NCBI GenBank assembly: GCA_003212885.1
Contig: QCOP01000002.1
Coordinates: 278-64,277, forward strand
Source: Prochlorococcus sp. AG-432-D11
GTDB taxonomy: Bacteria > Cyanobacteriota > Cyanobacteriia > PCC-6307 > Cyanobiaceae
Reading direction: 5' to 3'
DNA length: 64,000 nt
The translations under genes were made by a program, and so were the position numbers. Under the pieces are notes generated by a model. The model was not told the DNA's origin. It searched no databases and saw only the letters and a list, made by a program, of their open reading frames with translations. Shown here one piece after another: positions 35,361 to 45,313 of the stretch (the stretch's first letter is position 1; each line of letters begins with the position of its first letter).

Positions 35361-36323
35361 ATGCAGGTTCTAATTATTGGCGGGACAGGTACGCTTGGTC
35401 GTCAGATAGCTAAAACTGCTGTCGACTATGGCCACGATGTTCGATGTATGGTTCGTCGGCCAAGGAATGCTTCATATCTCCAAGAATGGGGATGTGAGCT
35501 TACTCAAGGTGATCTTCTTTATGAAAGGGATATAGAGAATTCTCTTGATGGAATAGAAGCGGTTATTGATTCCTCAACTAGTCGTCCTGATGATCCAAGA
35601 AGTATTTATGAAACAGATTGGCAAGGCAAATTAAATTTGTTTAGGGCTTGTGAAGCCAAAGGAGTTAGCAGAGTAGTATTTCTCTCTTTATTGGCTGCTG
35701 AAAAGTTTAGAAATGTGCCTTTAATGGATATTAAATTCTGTACAGAGAAACTCTTAGAACAATCGAATCTTGATTACACAATTCTTCAGGGAGCAGCTTT
35801 TATGCAGGGTGTCGTTGGTCAATTTGCAATACCCATATTGGATAGCCAGGCAGTGTGGATTAGTGGAAGCAGTAGCCGAATAGCTTATATGAATACTCAG
35901 GATATGGCTAAGTTTGCTGTTATGGCATTAATTAGACAAGAAACAATTAGAAAAACATTTCCTGTAGTTGGCCCAAAACCTTGGACTGCCAATGAACTTG
36001 TTAGCTTGTGTGAAAGTTTTAGTAATAAAAAGGCACGAGTTTTAAGAGTATCTCCTTTTTTGATCTCAGTGGCTAAGTCTTTGGTTTCATTTTTTGAGTC
36101 AACTTTAAATGTTGCAGAAAGGCTTGCCTTTTCTGAAGTTAGTGGAAGTGGGCTATCACTTGATGCACCTATGAGTCAAACTTATGAGGCATTTGGACTA
36201 AACCCCTCAGAAACGACTGATATGGAGTCTTATATCAGAGAGTATTATGATTTGATTTTGAAAAGGCTTAGAGAAATGGAAAAAGATTTAAATAGAGAAG
36301 AGAAAAAAAAGCTTCCTTTTTAG
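35361..36323 (+). CDS. ycf39: Ycf39-like atypical short-chain dehydrogenase (NmrA/HCF244-like)
   Basis: It has the Rossmann N-terminus MQVLIIGGTGTLGRQIA, is 320 aa long and ends in a lysine-rich tail. Confidence 0.75.
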   Translation: MQVLIIGGTGTLGRQIAKTAVDYGHDVRCMVRRPRNASYLQEWGCELTQGDLLYERDIENSLDGIEAVIDSSTSRPDDPRSIYETDWQGKLNLFRACEAKGVSRVVFLSLLAAEKFRNVPLMDIKFCTEKLLEQSNLDYTILQGAAFMQGVVGQFAIPILDSQAVWISGSSSRIAYMNTQDMAKFAVMALIRQETIRKTFPVVGPKPWTANELVSLCESFSNKKARVLRVSPFLISVAKSLVSFFESTLNVAERLAFSEVSGSGLSLDAPMSQTYEAFGLNPSETTDMESYIREYYDLILKRLREMEKDLNREEKKKLPF

Positions 36324-36382
36324 CCAAGATACCTTGCTTTCTTGTAGTTTATTTGTACTATTGTAATAGAGTTTTTCTTTCT

Positions 36383-36598
36383 ATGTCAGTTGTTCAAATA
36401 AAAAATCTAAACAGAAGGCTAGATATCCTTGCGAAAGAAGCCTCTGAAGCTCTTGATAAAGCTTGTGGTACTCAGTTATGGCGAAGCATGGGATTTGATG
36501 CATTTGATGGCATTGATGATTTTGAAAGGCGTTCAATAGCTAATTATTATTTTGGACAATTGCAAACAGTAAATGAGGTTCGAGATTCTTTAAGTTAG
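36383..36598 (+). CDS. Conserved hypothetical 71-aa protein
   Basis: I preferred the ATG at 36383 (MSVVQIKNLNRRLD..). Confidence 0.4.
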   Translation: MSVVQIKNLNRRLDILAKEASEALDKACGTQLWRSMGFDAFDGIDDFERRSIANYYFGQLQTVNEVRDSLS

Positions 36599-36662
36599 AT
36601 ATTTTTAATTAATTTCTTCTTTTGCTTTAGATTAGATTGATAAAAATAAAATTTTTCTTTGG

Positions 36663-36935
36663 ATGATTGAAACTTCAGGCACAATTGAGAAAGAGCAGGG
36701 AAATGGCTTTTACTTAGTCACACTTGAGCAGCCAGAGGGACATCAGTGTCTTTGTCGGGCGGCAGGAAAACTAACCAAATTCAGAATTAAGTTGCTTGCT
36801 GGAGATAAGGTTTTAGTTGAAATAAGTCCTTATGACTTAACAAGAGGAAGAATTACTTATAGAGAAAGAAATGCTGGTGGTGGTGGCCCACGAAATTCCC
36901 GAGGTGGAGGAGCTAGAGGAGCTCGTAGGAAGTAG
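36663..36935 (+). CDS. IF-1-like S1-fold protein with Arg/Gly-rich C-terminal tail
   Basis: GKLTKFRIKLLAGDKVLVEISPYDLTRGRITYRE parallels IF-1 (GK.r.n.IrIl.GDkV.VE.sPYDLtrGRItyR). The protein then continues as RNAGGGGPRNSRGGGARGARRK. Confidence 0.7.
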   Translation: MIETSGTIEKEQGNGFYLVTLEQPEGHQCLCRAAGKLTKFRIKLLAGDKVLVEISPYDLTRGRITYRERNAGGGGPRNSRGGGARGARRK

Positions 36936-36945
36936 AAACTTTCTC

Positions 36946-38328
36946 TTAAGTCATAAATTTATTTATTACTTCTTTAAACTCTTTCCTTTGCTTTACTCCT
37001 TTCCATTGATGTAAAAGTTTTTTTTCTTTGAAAAGGTGAACTGTTGGAGTGCCATTGATACCTGCTTGTGTTGCAATTTTTTGTTCCTTTTCAATATCAA
37101 TTTCAATACCAAGAACTTCTCCTCCAATCTCTTCCAAAACTCTTTTTAATTGCGGTTTTAATATATGACAAGGTCCACAACTTTTAGAGGTGTAAACAAC
37201 TAAAAGTAATTTTGAACTTTCGTGATAAAGCTTCCTAAGAGCATAGCTTCCTTTTTGCCAAATAGAGTTACTTTTGAATGTCTCTTCGGTGGTTTCCTTT
37301 AAATTTTGTGGTGAGTCTGCTTGAGCAGGTTCTGTGGAACCTCTTTTTAACAAGGTTGAAAGATTGTTTTTAGATAGCCACTTCTCAGCGACTAAAGCTG
37401 CTTTGCAGCCGCTACTAGCAGCTGTAATGCCTTGCTTCCATTCACTGTCAGATACGTCGCCAGCAGTGTAAACCCCTTCTATTGAAGTTTCTGGTCTCCC
37501 AGGCTGAGTAATTATATAACCTTTATTATCGAGTTCTAATTGATTGTTGAGGAAATCACTGTTCGGCGTGTGACCAATGGCATAAAAAACCCCTTTAACT
37601 TTAAGGACATGCTCTTTAGATGAATTTTTCTTCTTTATTCTTAATTCAGATAGCCACTCTTCGCCTTGAGCACTTACTAATTGCGATTCCCAGTGAATGG
37701 TAATTTGTGAATTTGAATGAACTCTATCTGCCATTGCTGCACTGGCTTTGAGCTTATCTGACCGGACTATTAAATGGACATGACTACCATATTTAGTAAG
37801 ATAAACAGCTTCTTCGCACGCTGAATCTCCTCCCCCAACAACTGCAAGCTCTTCGTTTCTAAATTGTGGGGTAGCTCCATCACAAATTGCGCAGGCACTT
37901 ATGCCGAGACTCCAAAATTTTTCTTCATTTTGTATACCAAGTTTGTTTGCACTAGCGCCAGTGGCAATGATTATTGAGTGAGAGGTAATTATTTCATTTG
38001 ATGTTTCAAGACGAAAAGGACGTTTGCTTAAGTCAATTTTCTCAACATCTTCTTCAAGAAGTTTTGTGCCCCATCTTATAGCTTGGGCTTTCATCAAATC
38101 CATTAAATCTGGCCCAAGAACCCCATCGGGGAAGCCTGGAAAGTTTTCAACAAATGTTGTGGTCATTAATTGACCTCCAGCAATCCCACCCTTTTGAAAG
38201 CCAGTTATTAACAGTGGTTGGAGATTTGCACGAGCAGCATATATACCAGATGTATAGCCTGCCGGACCAGAACCAATTATTACAAGGTTCTCAATATGAT
38301 TTTTTAGTGATTTTTCTTCAGCCTCCAT
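36946..38328 (-). CDS. trxB: NADPH-thioredoxin reductase C (thioredoxin reductase fused to a thioredoxin domain)
   Basis: It has GSGPAGYT, the redox CAICDG and GGGDSACEEA. The C-terminal Trx module carries the CGPC active site. Confidence 0.88.
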   Translation of the reverse strand: MEAEEKSLKNHIENLVIIGSGPAGYTSGIYAARANLQPLLITGFQKGGIAGGQLMTTTFVENFPGFPDGVLGPDLMDLMKAQAIRWGTKLLEEDVEKIDLSKRPFRLETSNEIITSHSIIIATGASANKLGIQNEEKFWSLGISACAICDGATPQFRNEELAVVGGGDSACEEAVYLTKYGSHVHLIVRSDKLKASAAMADRVHSNSQITIHWESQLVSAQGEEWLSELRIKKKNSSKEHVLKVKGVFYAIGHTPNSDFLNNQLELDNKGYIITQPGRPETSIEGVYTAGDVSDSEWKQGITAASSGCKAALVAEKWLSKNNLSTLLKRGSTEPAQADSPQNLKETTEETFKSNSIWQKGSYALRKLYHESSKLLLVVYTSKSCGPCHILKPQLKRVLEEIGGEVLGIEIDIEKEQKIATQAGINGTPTVHLFKEKKLLHQWKGVKQRKEFKEVINKFMT

Positions 38329-38460
38329 TATTCAAGGCGAAAAGGATTATAAAAATATCTTAGTTAGAAAAGCTAATTATTGCGGTTAAAAAAACGGACT
38401 TAAAAAACAAATGGATATTAATTCTTGAGCTGAAGCAATTAGGTTGTGAATTATGTAAAG

Positions 38461-38778
38461 TTAGAGTTCTACAACTTCATCTATGTCAGGAATACTTGTT
38501 TGTTCATCAATATTTGTTGTCAGTATTGATGGAAAGATCAAAAGGGACTTATCAATATTAGCTTTCTGATTTTCCAGACATATTATCCATTCACGAAATT
38601 CTTGAGTAATTGCATAGCTGTCTTCATAACGCTCGACACTATCCATCAATGCAATCCTGCTTGAGGCCCAGCAAGTTGCTATGCTTATTCGCCTTTTTAG
38701 AGTTGAATCCATTTTTGTTCCTTCAGCGTGCTTACCTTTGCACGATGAGGCCAAGAAATCATGTCTCCTTTTGTACAA
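38461..38778 (-). CDS. Hypothetical protein
   Basis: This is an ORF only, and the start may be the internal ATG at 38712. I recognised no family. Confidence 0.3.
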   Translation of the reverse strand: MYKRRHDFLASSCKGKHAEGTKMDSTLKRRISIATCWASSRIALMDSVERYEDSYAITQEFREWIICLENQKANIDKSLLIFPSILTTNIDEQTSIPDIDEVVEL

Positions 38779-38918
38779 AATTCGATTTTTTTTAGAAAAT
38801 GATTAATTACCTTAAGGAAATCTATAGATATCTAACATGAATACTGGGATCTCGAGGATTCAATTTAAGGAATTTGTCAATAGTTAAAATAAGTTTAGGA
38901 TTTAGGAGTTTTTAACAA

Positions 38919-39497
38919 TTAGATAGCTTCTGTATGATTAATAAGGAGTGTTTGTACTTCATTTATTCCTTCTTGGGCTGCATTTCTTGCACTATCAAAG
39001 TTGCCGTTAGCATCTTCTAAAAGGCTTTCAGCTAATCGATCAAGAAGTTCTTCTTTCCGCTCTTTTATCATTGAAATAATTTCATTATCGATAAGCCTTT
39101 GCACAGCAATAGTGCGAAGCTTATCGTCTGTTGCCTCAGCAAATGTTCCCTGGACTAATTCCTGAATAAATAACCGGTGAACTTCGCTACTCCGGAGAAA
39201 GCTTTCTGTTGCATTAATGATTCCCTCGACCAAGGCCTCGTCTGGTTCAGAATCTTTATCTGCAAGTTTGAATTCCCAATCTAAGTGCTTTCTTTGCCAG
39301 CCAGATGAATGAAGGCTTGGCATAACTGTTTGTGAGTAAGTATCTACTGACATTTCATAGATTCTCTCTGCAAGTCTTTCACACCATTCTTTGCCATGGG
39401 TTTGAAGGTTTTTTTCCATAGCTGTTCTTGAAACAGCGTGCCCACCATGATGGCTATGACAAACTCCATCGGGACATTCAATTGCGGTTAGACCCAT
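38919..39497 (-). CDS. Conserved hypothetical protein with N-terminal Cys/His cluster
   Basis: This 192-aa protein starts IECPDGVCHSHHGGH and has a helical, acidic remainder. Confidence 0.5.
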   Translation of the reverse strand: MGLTAIECPDGVCHSHHGGHAVSRTAMEKNLQTHGKEWCERLAERIYEMSVDTYSQTVMPSLHSSGWQRKHLDWEFKLADKDSEPDEALVEGIINATESFLRSSEVHRLFIQELVQGTFAEATDDKLRTIAVQRLIDNEIISMIKERKEELLDRLAESLLEDANGNFDSARNAAQEGINEVQTLLINHTEAI

Positions 39498-39627
39498 TTT
39501 TGATGGATTTAGTACTGACCTATTTATTAGCTAAAAACTTCTTGAAGGAAAAGCTTTTTTTACAAAAGATTCTGGTCTTAAGACCTTTTACTGATTAATC
39601 TCAATTTGGTTAGTCTCAAAATTTGTT

Positions 39628-40773
39628 TTGACAAGTTTTTTTATCCCATTAGAAACAGCTTCAGGGGAAACGCGAGTTGCAGCAACCCCGGAAACTGTAA
39701 AAAAACTTTCCTCATTAGGATCCGAAGTCTTTATTGAGAAAGGTGCTGGACTTTTAGCTGGTTTTAATGATGAAAGTTTTCAAAAAGCAGGTGCAGAGAT
39801 TGTTTGTTTGACTTCTAATGAAAGCTTCCTTAGGAAATCGCTAATTGTTCTCTGTTTAAGCGCACCGAATCAAGAACTGCTGTCCAAGCTATCTCATGGT
39901 TCAGTGCTTATTGGTTTGTTGGCCCCATATGGGAATAAAGAGTTAGAAGCTTCTTTGAAGAAGAAAGGTTTGTCAGCATTAGCTTTAGAACTTTTGCCAA
40001 GAATTAGTCGTGCTCAGTCTGCGGATGCCTTGTCTTCCCAAGCGAATATTGCTGGATATAAATCTGTTCTTATTGCTGCTGCAGCTCTTGATAGGTATTT
40101 CCCAATGTTAATGACAGCAGCTGGGACTGTGCAGCCAGCAAAAGTTGTTGTATTAGGAGCAGGTGTGGCAGGGCTTCAAGCTATAGCAACAGCAAAAAGA
40201 CTTGGCGCTGTTGTATATGTTAGCGATATTCGACTAGCTGTTAAGGAGCAAGTTGAATCATTAGGTGCAAAATTCATTAATTTACCTAAGGAGGTTGAAA
40301 ACCCCTCAGAATCTGGCGGGTATGCAAAGCAAGCTTCTGAAGAATTCCTTCTTGCTCAAAGAAAATTATTAATGGATCAGTTGGCTGACGCTGATGTCGC
40401 AATTTGTACTGCTCAAGTGCCAGGGAAAAGAGCTCCAAATTTAATTTCTGAAGAAATGCTTGATAAGATGAGACCAGGAGCTGTAGTTGTAGATCTTGCT
40501 GTTTCCCAAGGGGGTAATTGCTCTCATACAAAGCCTTCTCAAACAATTTTAAGAAAAGGGGTAAAGCTTATAGGTGCAAATGATTTGCCTCGAACTGTTT
40601 CAAATCATGCTAGTGCTCTTTATTCAAGGAATTTGCTTGCGTTAATTAGGCCACTTTTAAAAGATAATGAATTGTGCCTGAGTACTGAAGATGAATTGAT
40701 TGATGGTTCACTAATTAGTAAAGATGGAGTTATTCGGATATCTCAAGTTTTTAATTCAGGAGGAGGGAACTGA
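39628..40773 (+). CDS. pntA: NAD(P) transhydrogenase subunit alpha, part 1
   Basis: It starts with TTG. ETRVAATPETVKKL and the Rossmann motif VVVLGAGVAGLQAIATAKRLGA are present. Confidence 0.9.
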   Translation: MTSFFIPLETASGETRVAATPETVKKLSSLGSEVFIEKGAGLLAGFNDESFQKAGAEIVCLTSNESFLRKSLIVLCLSAPNQELLSKLSHGSVLIGLLAPYGNKELEASLKKKGLSALALELLPRISRAQSADALSSQANIAGYKSVLIAAAALDRYFPMLMTAAGTVQPAKVVVLGAGVAGLQAIATAKRLGAVVYVSDIRLAVKEQVESLGAKFINLPKEVENPSESGGYAKQASEEFLLAQRKLLMDQLADADVAICTAQVPGKRAPNLISEEMLDKMRPGAVVVDLAVSQGGNCSHTKPSQTILRKGVKLIGANDLPRTVSNHASALYSRNLLALIRPLLKDNELCLSTEDELIDGSLISKDGVIRISQVFNSGGGN

Positions 40774-41084
40774 TGTCATTTCTGAGCGAGGCACTTTGGG
40801 TTTTACTCTTAGGGAGTTTGCTGGGATTGGAGCTCATTGGGAAAGTGCCTCCAACTTTGCATACCCCTCTTATGAGTGGGGCTAATGCTATTTCCGGAAT
40901 AACAATGCTTGCTGCATTGACTCTCATTATTAAGGCTGGAAGTAATCTGCCTTTATTAATTATGGGGTCTATTTCACTAGGATTTGCTTTGTTTAATGTT
41001 ATTGGAGGTTTTCTTGTTACTGACAGGATGCTTGCAATGTTTAGCCGTAAAACTTCACGTAGAAATAGGAGAATCACTAAATGA
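40773..41084 (+). CDS. NAD(P) transhydrogenase subunit alpha, part 2 (membrane)
   Basis: This 103-aa protein has 3 TM segments. It overlaps the flanking pnt genes by 1 and 4 nt. Confidence 0.85.
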   Translation: MSFLSEALWVLLLGSLLGLELIGKVPPTLHTPLMSGANAISGITMLAALTLIIKAGSNLPLLIMGSISLGFALFNVIGGFLVTDRMLAMFSRKTSRRNRRITK

Positions 41085-42517
41085 ATGTTGTAGGAATCGT
41101 AAAATACTCTATTGATCTTATTGCAGTACTTTTGCTTGCTCTAGGAATAAAAGGGTTGTCAAAAGTTAGATCAGCCAGAGAAGCTAATCGTCTTGCAGCA
41201 ATTGCAATGTTTCTTGCTGTTTTAGGGATTTTATTTAATGGAATTGTTGAAGGAGGTATATCAGCATCTGCTTGGATTTGGATTGCATTAGGTTCTTGTA
41301 TTGGAAGCATTCTAGGAGCTCTAATTGCAAGGATTGTTCCAATGACATCAATGCCAGAAATAGTTGCTTTATTTAATGGATGTGGGGGGATGTCTTCTCT
41401 TATCGTTGCCTTAGCAGTAGCATTATTTCCTTTATCAAATAGTGACCAAATAGATAACTTTGCTTGGGTAGAAAGAGCTTCTATTGTTGTGTCTGTCTTT
41501 GTTGGTTCAATTACTTTTACTGGGTCAATTGTGGCCATGGGAAAGCTACAGGGATGGCTTGCCACACCTTCATTGATGCAAAGCAAATTTCGGCATTTAA
41601 TTAATATATCTTTGACTATTTCATCTTTAATTGCAGCAATAGAATTATTACGTAGTGGTCAAACTGGACTTTGGCTATTAGTTATAAGTTCTGGAATCTT
41701 AGGTATTGGAGTAACTCTTCCTATTGGTGGAGCAGATATGCCAGTAGTTATATCATTACTTAATAGCTATTCGGGTGTTGCTGCGGCTGCGGCAGGGTTT
41801 GTTGTAGGTAGTCAAATATTAATTGTAGCTGGCGCAATGGTAGGAGCGGCTGGGTTAATCCTTACTAAGGTTATGTGTGATGGAATGAACAGATCATTAG
41901 TTTCTGTTTTGTTTGGAGGAGCACTCAGTACCTCTATGGATACTGCTAAAGGCGGAGGAGAGTATGTAAATATAACTAGTTGCAGTCCAGAAGAATGTGC
42001 TCTTACCCTTGAAGCTGCCGAAAGGGTGATAATTGTACCTGGGTATGGATTGGCAGTCGCGCAAGCTCAACACACTCTTAGAGAAGTAACAAGACTTTTA
42101 GAAGTTAATAACATTGAAGTCTCCTATGCAATACATCCAGTTGCAGGGAGGATGCCTGGACATATGAATGTTCTTTTAGCAGAAGCCGATGTTCCCTATG
42201 AACAACTTAAAGAGATGGAAGTAATAAATCCAGAATTTCCAGCAACTGACGTAGTTTTAGTTCTTGGAGCAAATGATGTAGTAAATCCTCAGGCTAAAAA
42301 TGATCCAAGTTCTCCTCTATATGGAATGCCTGTTTTGGATGTTCAAGAAGCCAGAACTGTTTTTGTAATTAAAAGGGGGATGAGTGCAGGTTATTCGGGG
42401 ATCAAAAATGACCTTTTTGATTTACCTAACACTTCAATGGTTTTTGGAGATGCTAAAAAAGTTTTGGGTGACCTATTAGTTGAATTAAAGGAGTTAGGCA
42501 TTGGAAGGAACGGATAG
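41081..42517 (+). CDS. pntB: NAD(P) transhydrogenase subunit beta
   Basis: It has an N-terminal membrane domain. The C-terminal NADP(H) domain carries VPGYGLAVAQAQH, HPVAGRMPGHMNVLLAEA and GANDVVNP. Confidence 0.92.
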   Translation: MNVVGIVKYSIDLIAVLLLALGIKGLSKVRSAREANRLAAIAMFLAVLGILFNGIVEGGISASAWIWIALGSCIGSILGALIARIVPMTSMPEIVALFNGCGGMSSLIVALAVALFPLSNSDQIDNFAWVERASIVVSVFVGSITFTGSIVAMGKLQGWLATPSLMQSKFRHLINISLTISSLIAAIELLRSGQTGLWLLVISSGILGIGVTLPIGGADMPVVISLLNSYSGVAAAAAGFVVGSQILIVAGAMVGAAGLILTKVMCDGMNRSLVSVLFGGALSTSMDTAKGGGEYVNITSCSPEECALTLEAAERVIIVPGYGLAVAQAQHTLREVTRLLEVNNIEVSYAIHPVAGRMPGHMNVLLAEADVPYEQLKEMEVINPEFPATDVVLVLGANDVVNPQAKNDPSSPLYGMPVLDVQEARTVFVIKRGMSAGYSGIKNDLFDLPNTSMVFGDAKKVLGDLLVELKELGIGRNG

Positions 42518-43643
42518 TATTAATAAAGCAATTGTGATTGAAAAACAGTTTGAAGATTTTCAACAACGCTTTCCTTGGATAGGCGGAGATCTTCAAACAT
42601 TGAGAGATACTTTTAGGACTGATGTTTTGCCAAAAGATGATGGAGAGATTCTCAAAATACCAGTACCACTGCTACCAAATACCTACCGTATAGATGAGTC
42701 CTCAAAATTAATTGCCTATTTGAATAAGCCTAAAGATAAAGAAAATACTCGTGGTTTAGTTCTTTTACTTCATGGATTAGGTGGTTCAAGTAGAAGAAGT
42801 GGCTTAAGACGTATGTCAGAAAATCTTGTAGAAGCAGGATTTGCTGTTCTTCGTTTAAATCTAAGAGGTGCTGATCCTGGAAGAGAATTAGCTGCAGGAA
42901 CTTATGCTGCTAATTGTAATAGTGATTTATGTCAGGTTTTTAAATATGCTCGTTCCATTTGTAAATCTATTGGAGATAATGAAAAATCGAATAATAGATA
43001 TATCCCACTTTTTGGAGTTGGTTTATCCCTTGGTGGGACTATTCTTTTAAATGCTTCTTTACATCTTGGAACAGATCTTTCATTTCAGGAACCAGTCTTA
43101 GATGGACTTGTTTGTGTTAGTAGTCCGCTTGATTTGAATGCATGCAGTAAATCTATTGAGCTCCCAAGAAATCGGATTTATCAGTCCTGGTTATTACATA
43201 GGTTAATTAAACAAACATTAGCTGATCCATTTGGCATAAGTGATATCGAAAGAGAAAATCTCCTTTTAAGAAATAATTTTGGTTTTACAAGAATTTCTTC
43301 AATTAAAGATTTTGATAGAATAATTACTGCTCCAAGGTGGGGTTATAAAAATGTTGATGAATATTATAAAAATGCTTCCCCATTAGGAGATCTTTTACAG
43401 AATCCTTTGTCAATACCAAGAACACTTTTAGTCCAATCGAAAGATGATCCATGGGTACCATCTAAAGCTGTTGAATGCCTAAGGAAAGAACTATTATTAA
43501 AAGGCAAATACAACTCTTCTAAGATAGAGTTCTTAATCACTACTAACGGAGGTCATAATGGATTTCATGGAATTAATGGATGCTGGGGAGATGAAGTTGT
43601 TAAGGAATGGCTTTTAAATACTTTAATAAGAATACTTGGTTGA
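42501..43643 (+). CDS. Alpha/beta-fold hydrolase (YheT-like)
   Basis: VLLLHGLGGSS, the nucleophile elbow GVGLSLGG and C-terminal GGHNGF are present. Confidence 0.7.
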   Translation: MEGTDSINKAIVIEKQFEDFQQRFPWIGGDLQTLRDTFRTDVLPKDDGEILKIPVPLLPNTYRIDESSKLIAYLNKPKDKENTRGLVLLLHGLGGSSRRSGLRRMSENLVEAGFAVLRLNLRGADPGRELAAGTYAANCNSDLCQVFKYARSICKSIGDNEKSNNRYIPLFGVGLSLGGTILLNASLHLGTDLSFQEPVLDGLVCVSSPLDLNACSKSIELPRNRIYQSWLLHRLIKQTLADPFGISDIERENLLLRNNFGFTRISSIKDFDRIITAPRWGYKNVDEYYKNASPLGDLLQNPLSIPRTLLVQSKDDPWVPSKAVECLRKELLLKGKYNSSKIEFLITTNGGHNGFHGINGCWGDEVVKEWLLNTLIRILG

Positions 43644-43982
43644 AAAGCATTTAAAAGTACTAACTTTTAGGATGTATTCTTCAATAGGTTTGCCATGAAT
43701 AATATGACTATTAATTATGGAATAAATTTTTTCTGGTATTACTTTCCTATACCAAATCCCTTCAGGCCAGATTAAAAGTATTGGACCATCTGTACAAACT
43801 CTTAAGCAATCAACTTTTGATCTTAATACAATACCATTTTTTCTTTCAGGGTCTTCTAGTCTTAATTCTTTAATCACTTTTTTAAGGGTTTGCCAGCTTT
43901 CAATACCTATCGATGGATTACAGCATAGTGCCTTCTTTGAATTTGCACATAAAAGGATATGGTGACTTATAAGTGGAAACAT
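43623..43982 (-). CDS. Thioredoxin-like [2Fe-2S] ferredoxin family protein
   Basis: HILLCANSKKALCC...VDCLRVCTDGPILLIWPEGIWY fits the (2Fe-2S) ferredoxin / sucrase-ferredoxin-like pattern. Confidence 0.6.
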   Translation of the reverse strand: MFPLISHHILLCANSKKALCCNPSIGIESWQTLKKVIKELRLEDPERKNGIVLRSKVDCLRVCTDGPILLIWPEGIWYRKVIPEKIYSIINSHIIHGKPIEEYILKVSTFKCFSTKYSY

Positions 43983-43991
43983 TTTCTATGA

Positions 43992-45230
43992 TTAGGAAAA
44001 TAGTTTTCTTGATTGTTTTTTTGCAAACTCTCTACAAATTTTCCGAGCCCATAAATCAACATAGATAATATCTTCAAGGTTAGGTTCTTGTTTGAAATTT
44101 TCCTTATGTTTTTCGCAAGTTAATTCTATTAGAGATGGAATTTCTAGAAAATGAATTTGCTCTTCTAAAAATATTGCGACTGCTTCTTCATTAGCTGCAT
44201 TCAAAGCTGCTGGCATTGTTCCACCGTATTTACCTGCACTATAAGCAAGCTGCATGCAAGGATATTTAGTTTTATCAGGTTTTTTAAAAGTTAAATTGTT
44301 TATTTCTGGAAGATTTAATCTTTTCCAAGGAGTTTCTATTCTATTAGGCCAACTCATGGCATATAAAATAGGAAGTTTCATGTCTGGCCAACCCATTTGG
44401 GCTAATACAGAAGAATCAGATAATTCAATCATTGAATGAATTATGCTTTGAGGATGAATAACTATCTCAATATGATCGTAATCCAATCCAAATAGATAAT
44501 GAGCTTCTATTACCTCAAGCCCTTTATTCATTAGAGTTGCTGAATCTACAGTTATTTTTTTACCCATACTCCAGTTTGGGTGACTTGTGGCATCATGGAC
44601 AGTTGCTTTCTTCAAGTCTTCTATTGACCAATCCCTAAATGCGCCGCCTGAAGCAGTTAGTTGGATGCTTTTGAATCCAGGGGTTGGAACTCCAGTGGAC
44701 AATCTTGCATTATCGGCCCAAGGGGTCCCTTGAAGACATTGAAAAATAGCAGAATGTTCTGAATCAGCAGGTAGCAAGCGACTTCCACTTTTTTCTAGTT
44801 CAGGAAGTACAACTGGGCCAGCGGCAATAAGTGTTTCTTTATTAGCTAAAGCAATGTCTTTTCCAGCTTTTATTGCTGCCAAAGTTGGAAGTAATCCCGC
44901 GCAACCTACTATTCCAGTAACTACTAGATCAGCTTTTCCCCATGCCGCCGCTTCATTAAGCCCTTCAGGCCCACAAACTAACTTTGGAATATTTATTAGT
45001 TGATTCTCTAGTTGTAGGCCATTTAACCTTTCTTTTAGTTGTTGCATCCCAGAAGAATGGGCTAAGGCGACGATTTCTGGTTTATGTCGCTTAATTTGAT
45101 CACACAGGAGATCTAGATTCCTACCTGCGGTAAGAGCTACAACTTTGAATTGATCTGGAAATTCTTCAGCTATTTCTAGAGTTTGGGTGCCAATTGAACC
45201 AGTTGAGCCGAGAACACTAATGGCTTTCAC
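43992..45230 (-). CDS. dxr: 1-deoxy-D-xylulose-5-phosphate reductoisomerase
   Basis: [32 protein letters not shown] and [10 protein letters not shown] are present. Confidence 0.95.
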   Translation of the reverse strand: MKAISVLGSTGSIGTQTLEIAEEFPDQFKVVALTAGRNLDLLCDQIKRHKPEIVALAHSSGMQQLKERLNGLQLENQLINIPKLVCGPEGLNEAAAWGKADLVVTGIVGCAGLLPTLAAIKAGKDIALANKETLIAAGPVVLPELEKSGSRLLPADSEHSAIFQCLQGTPWADNARLSTGVPTPGFKSIQLTASGGAFRDWSIEDLKKATVHDATSHPNWSMGKKITVDSATLMNKGLEVIEAHYLFGLDYDHIEIVIHPQSIIHSMIELSDSSVLAQMGWPDMKLPILYAMSWPNRIETPWKRLNLPEINNLTFKKPDKTKYPCMQLAYSAGKYGGTMPAALNAANEEAVAIFLEEQIHFLEIPSLIELTCEKHKENFKQEPNLEDIIYVDLWARKICREFAKKQSRKLFS

Positions 45231-45313
45231 ATTTTTAGGCCAGTTCCAATAAGTCTCTCACTTCAAGGTTTATAACTACAAAAAAAGTAATGATTTTATG
45301 AATGAATTGATTT

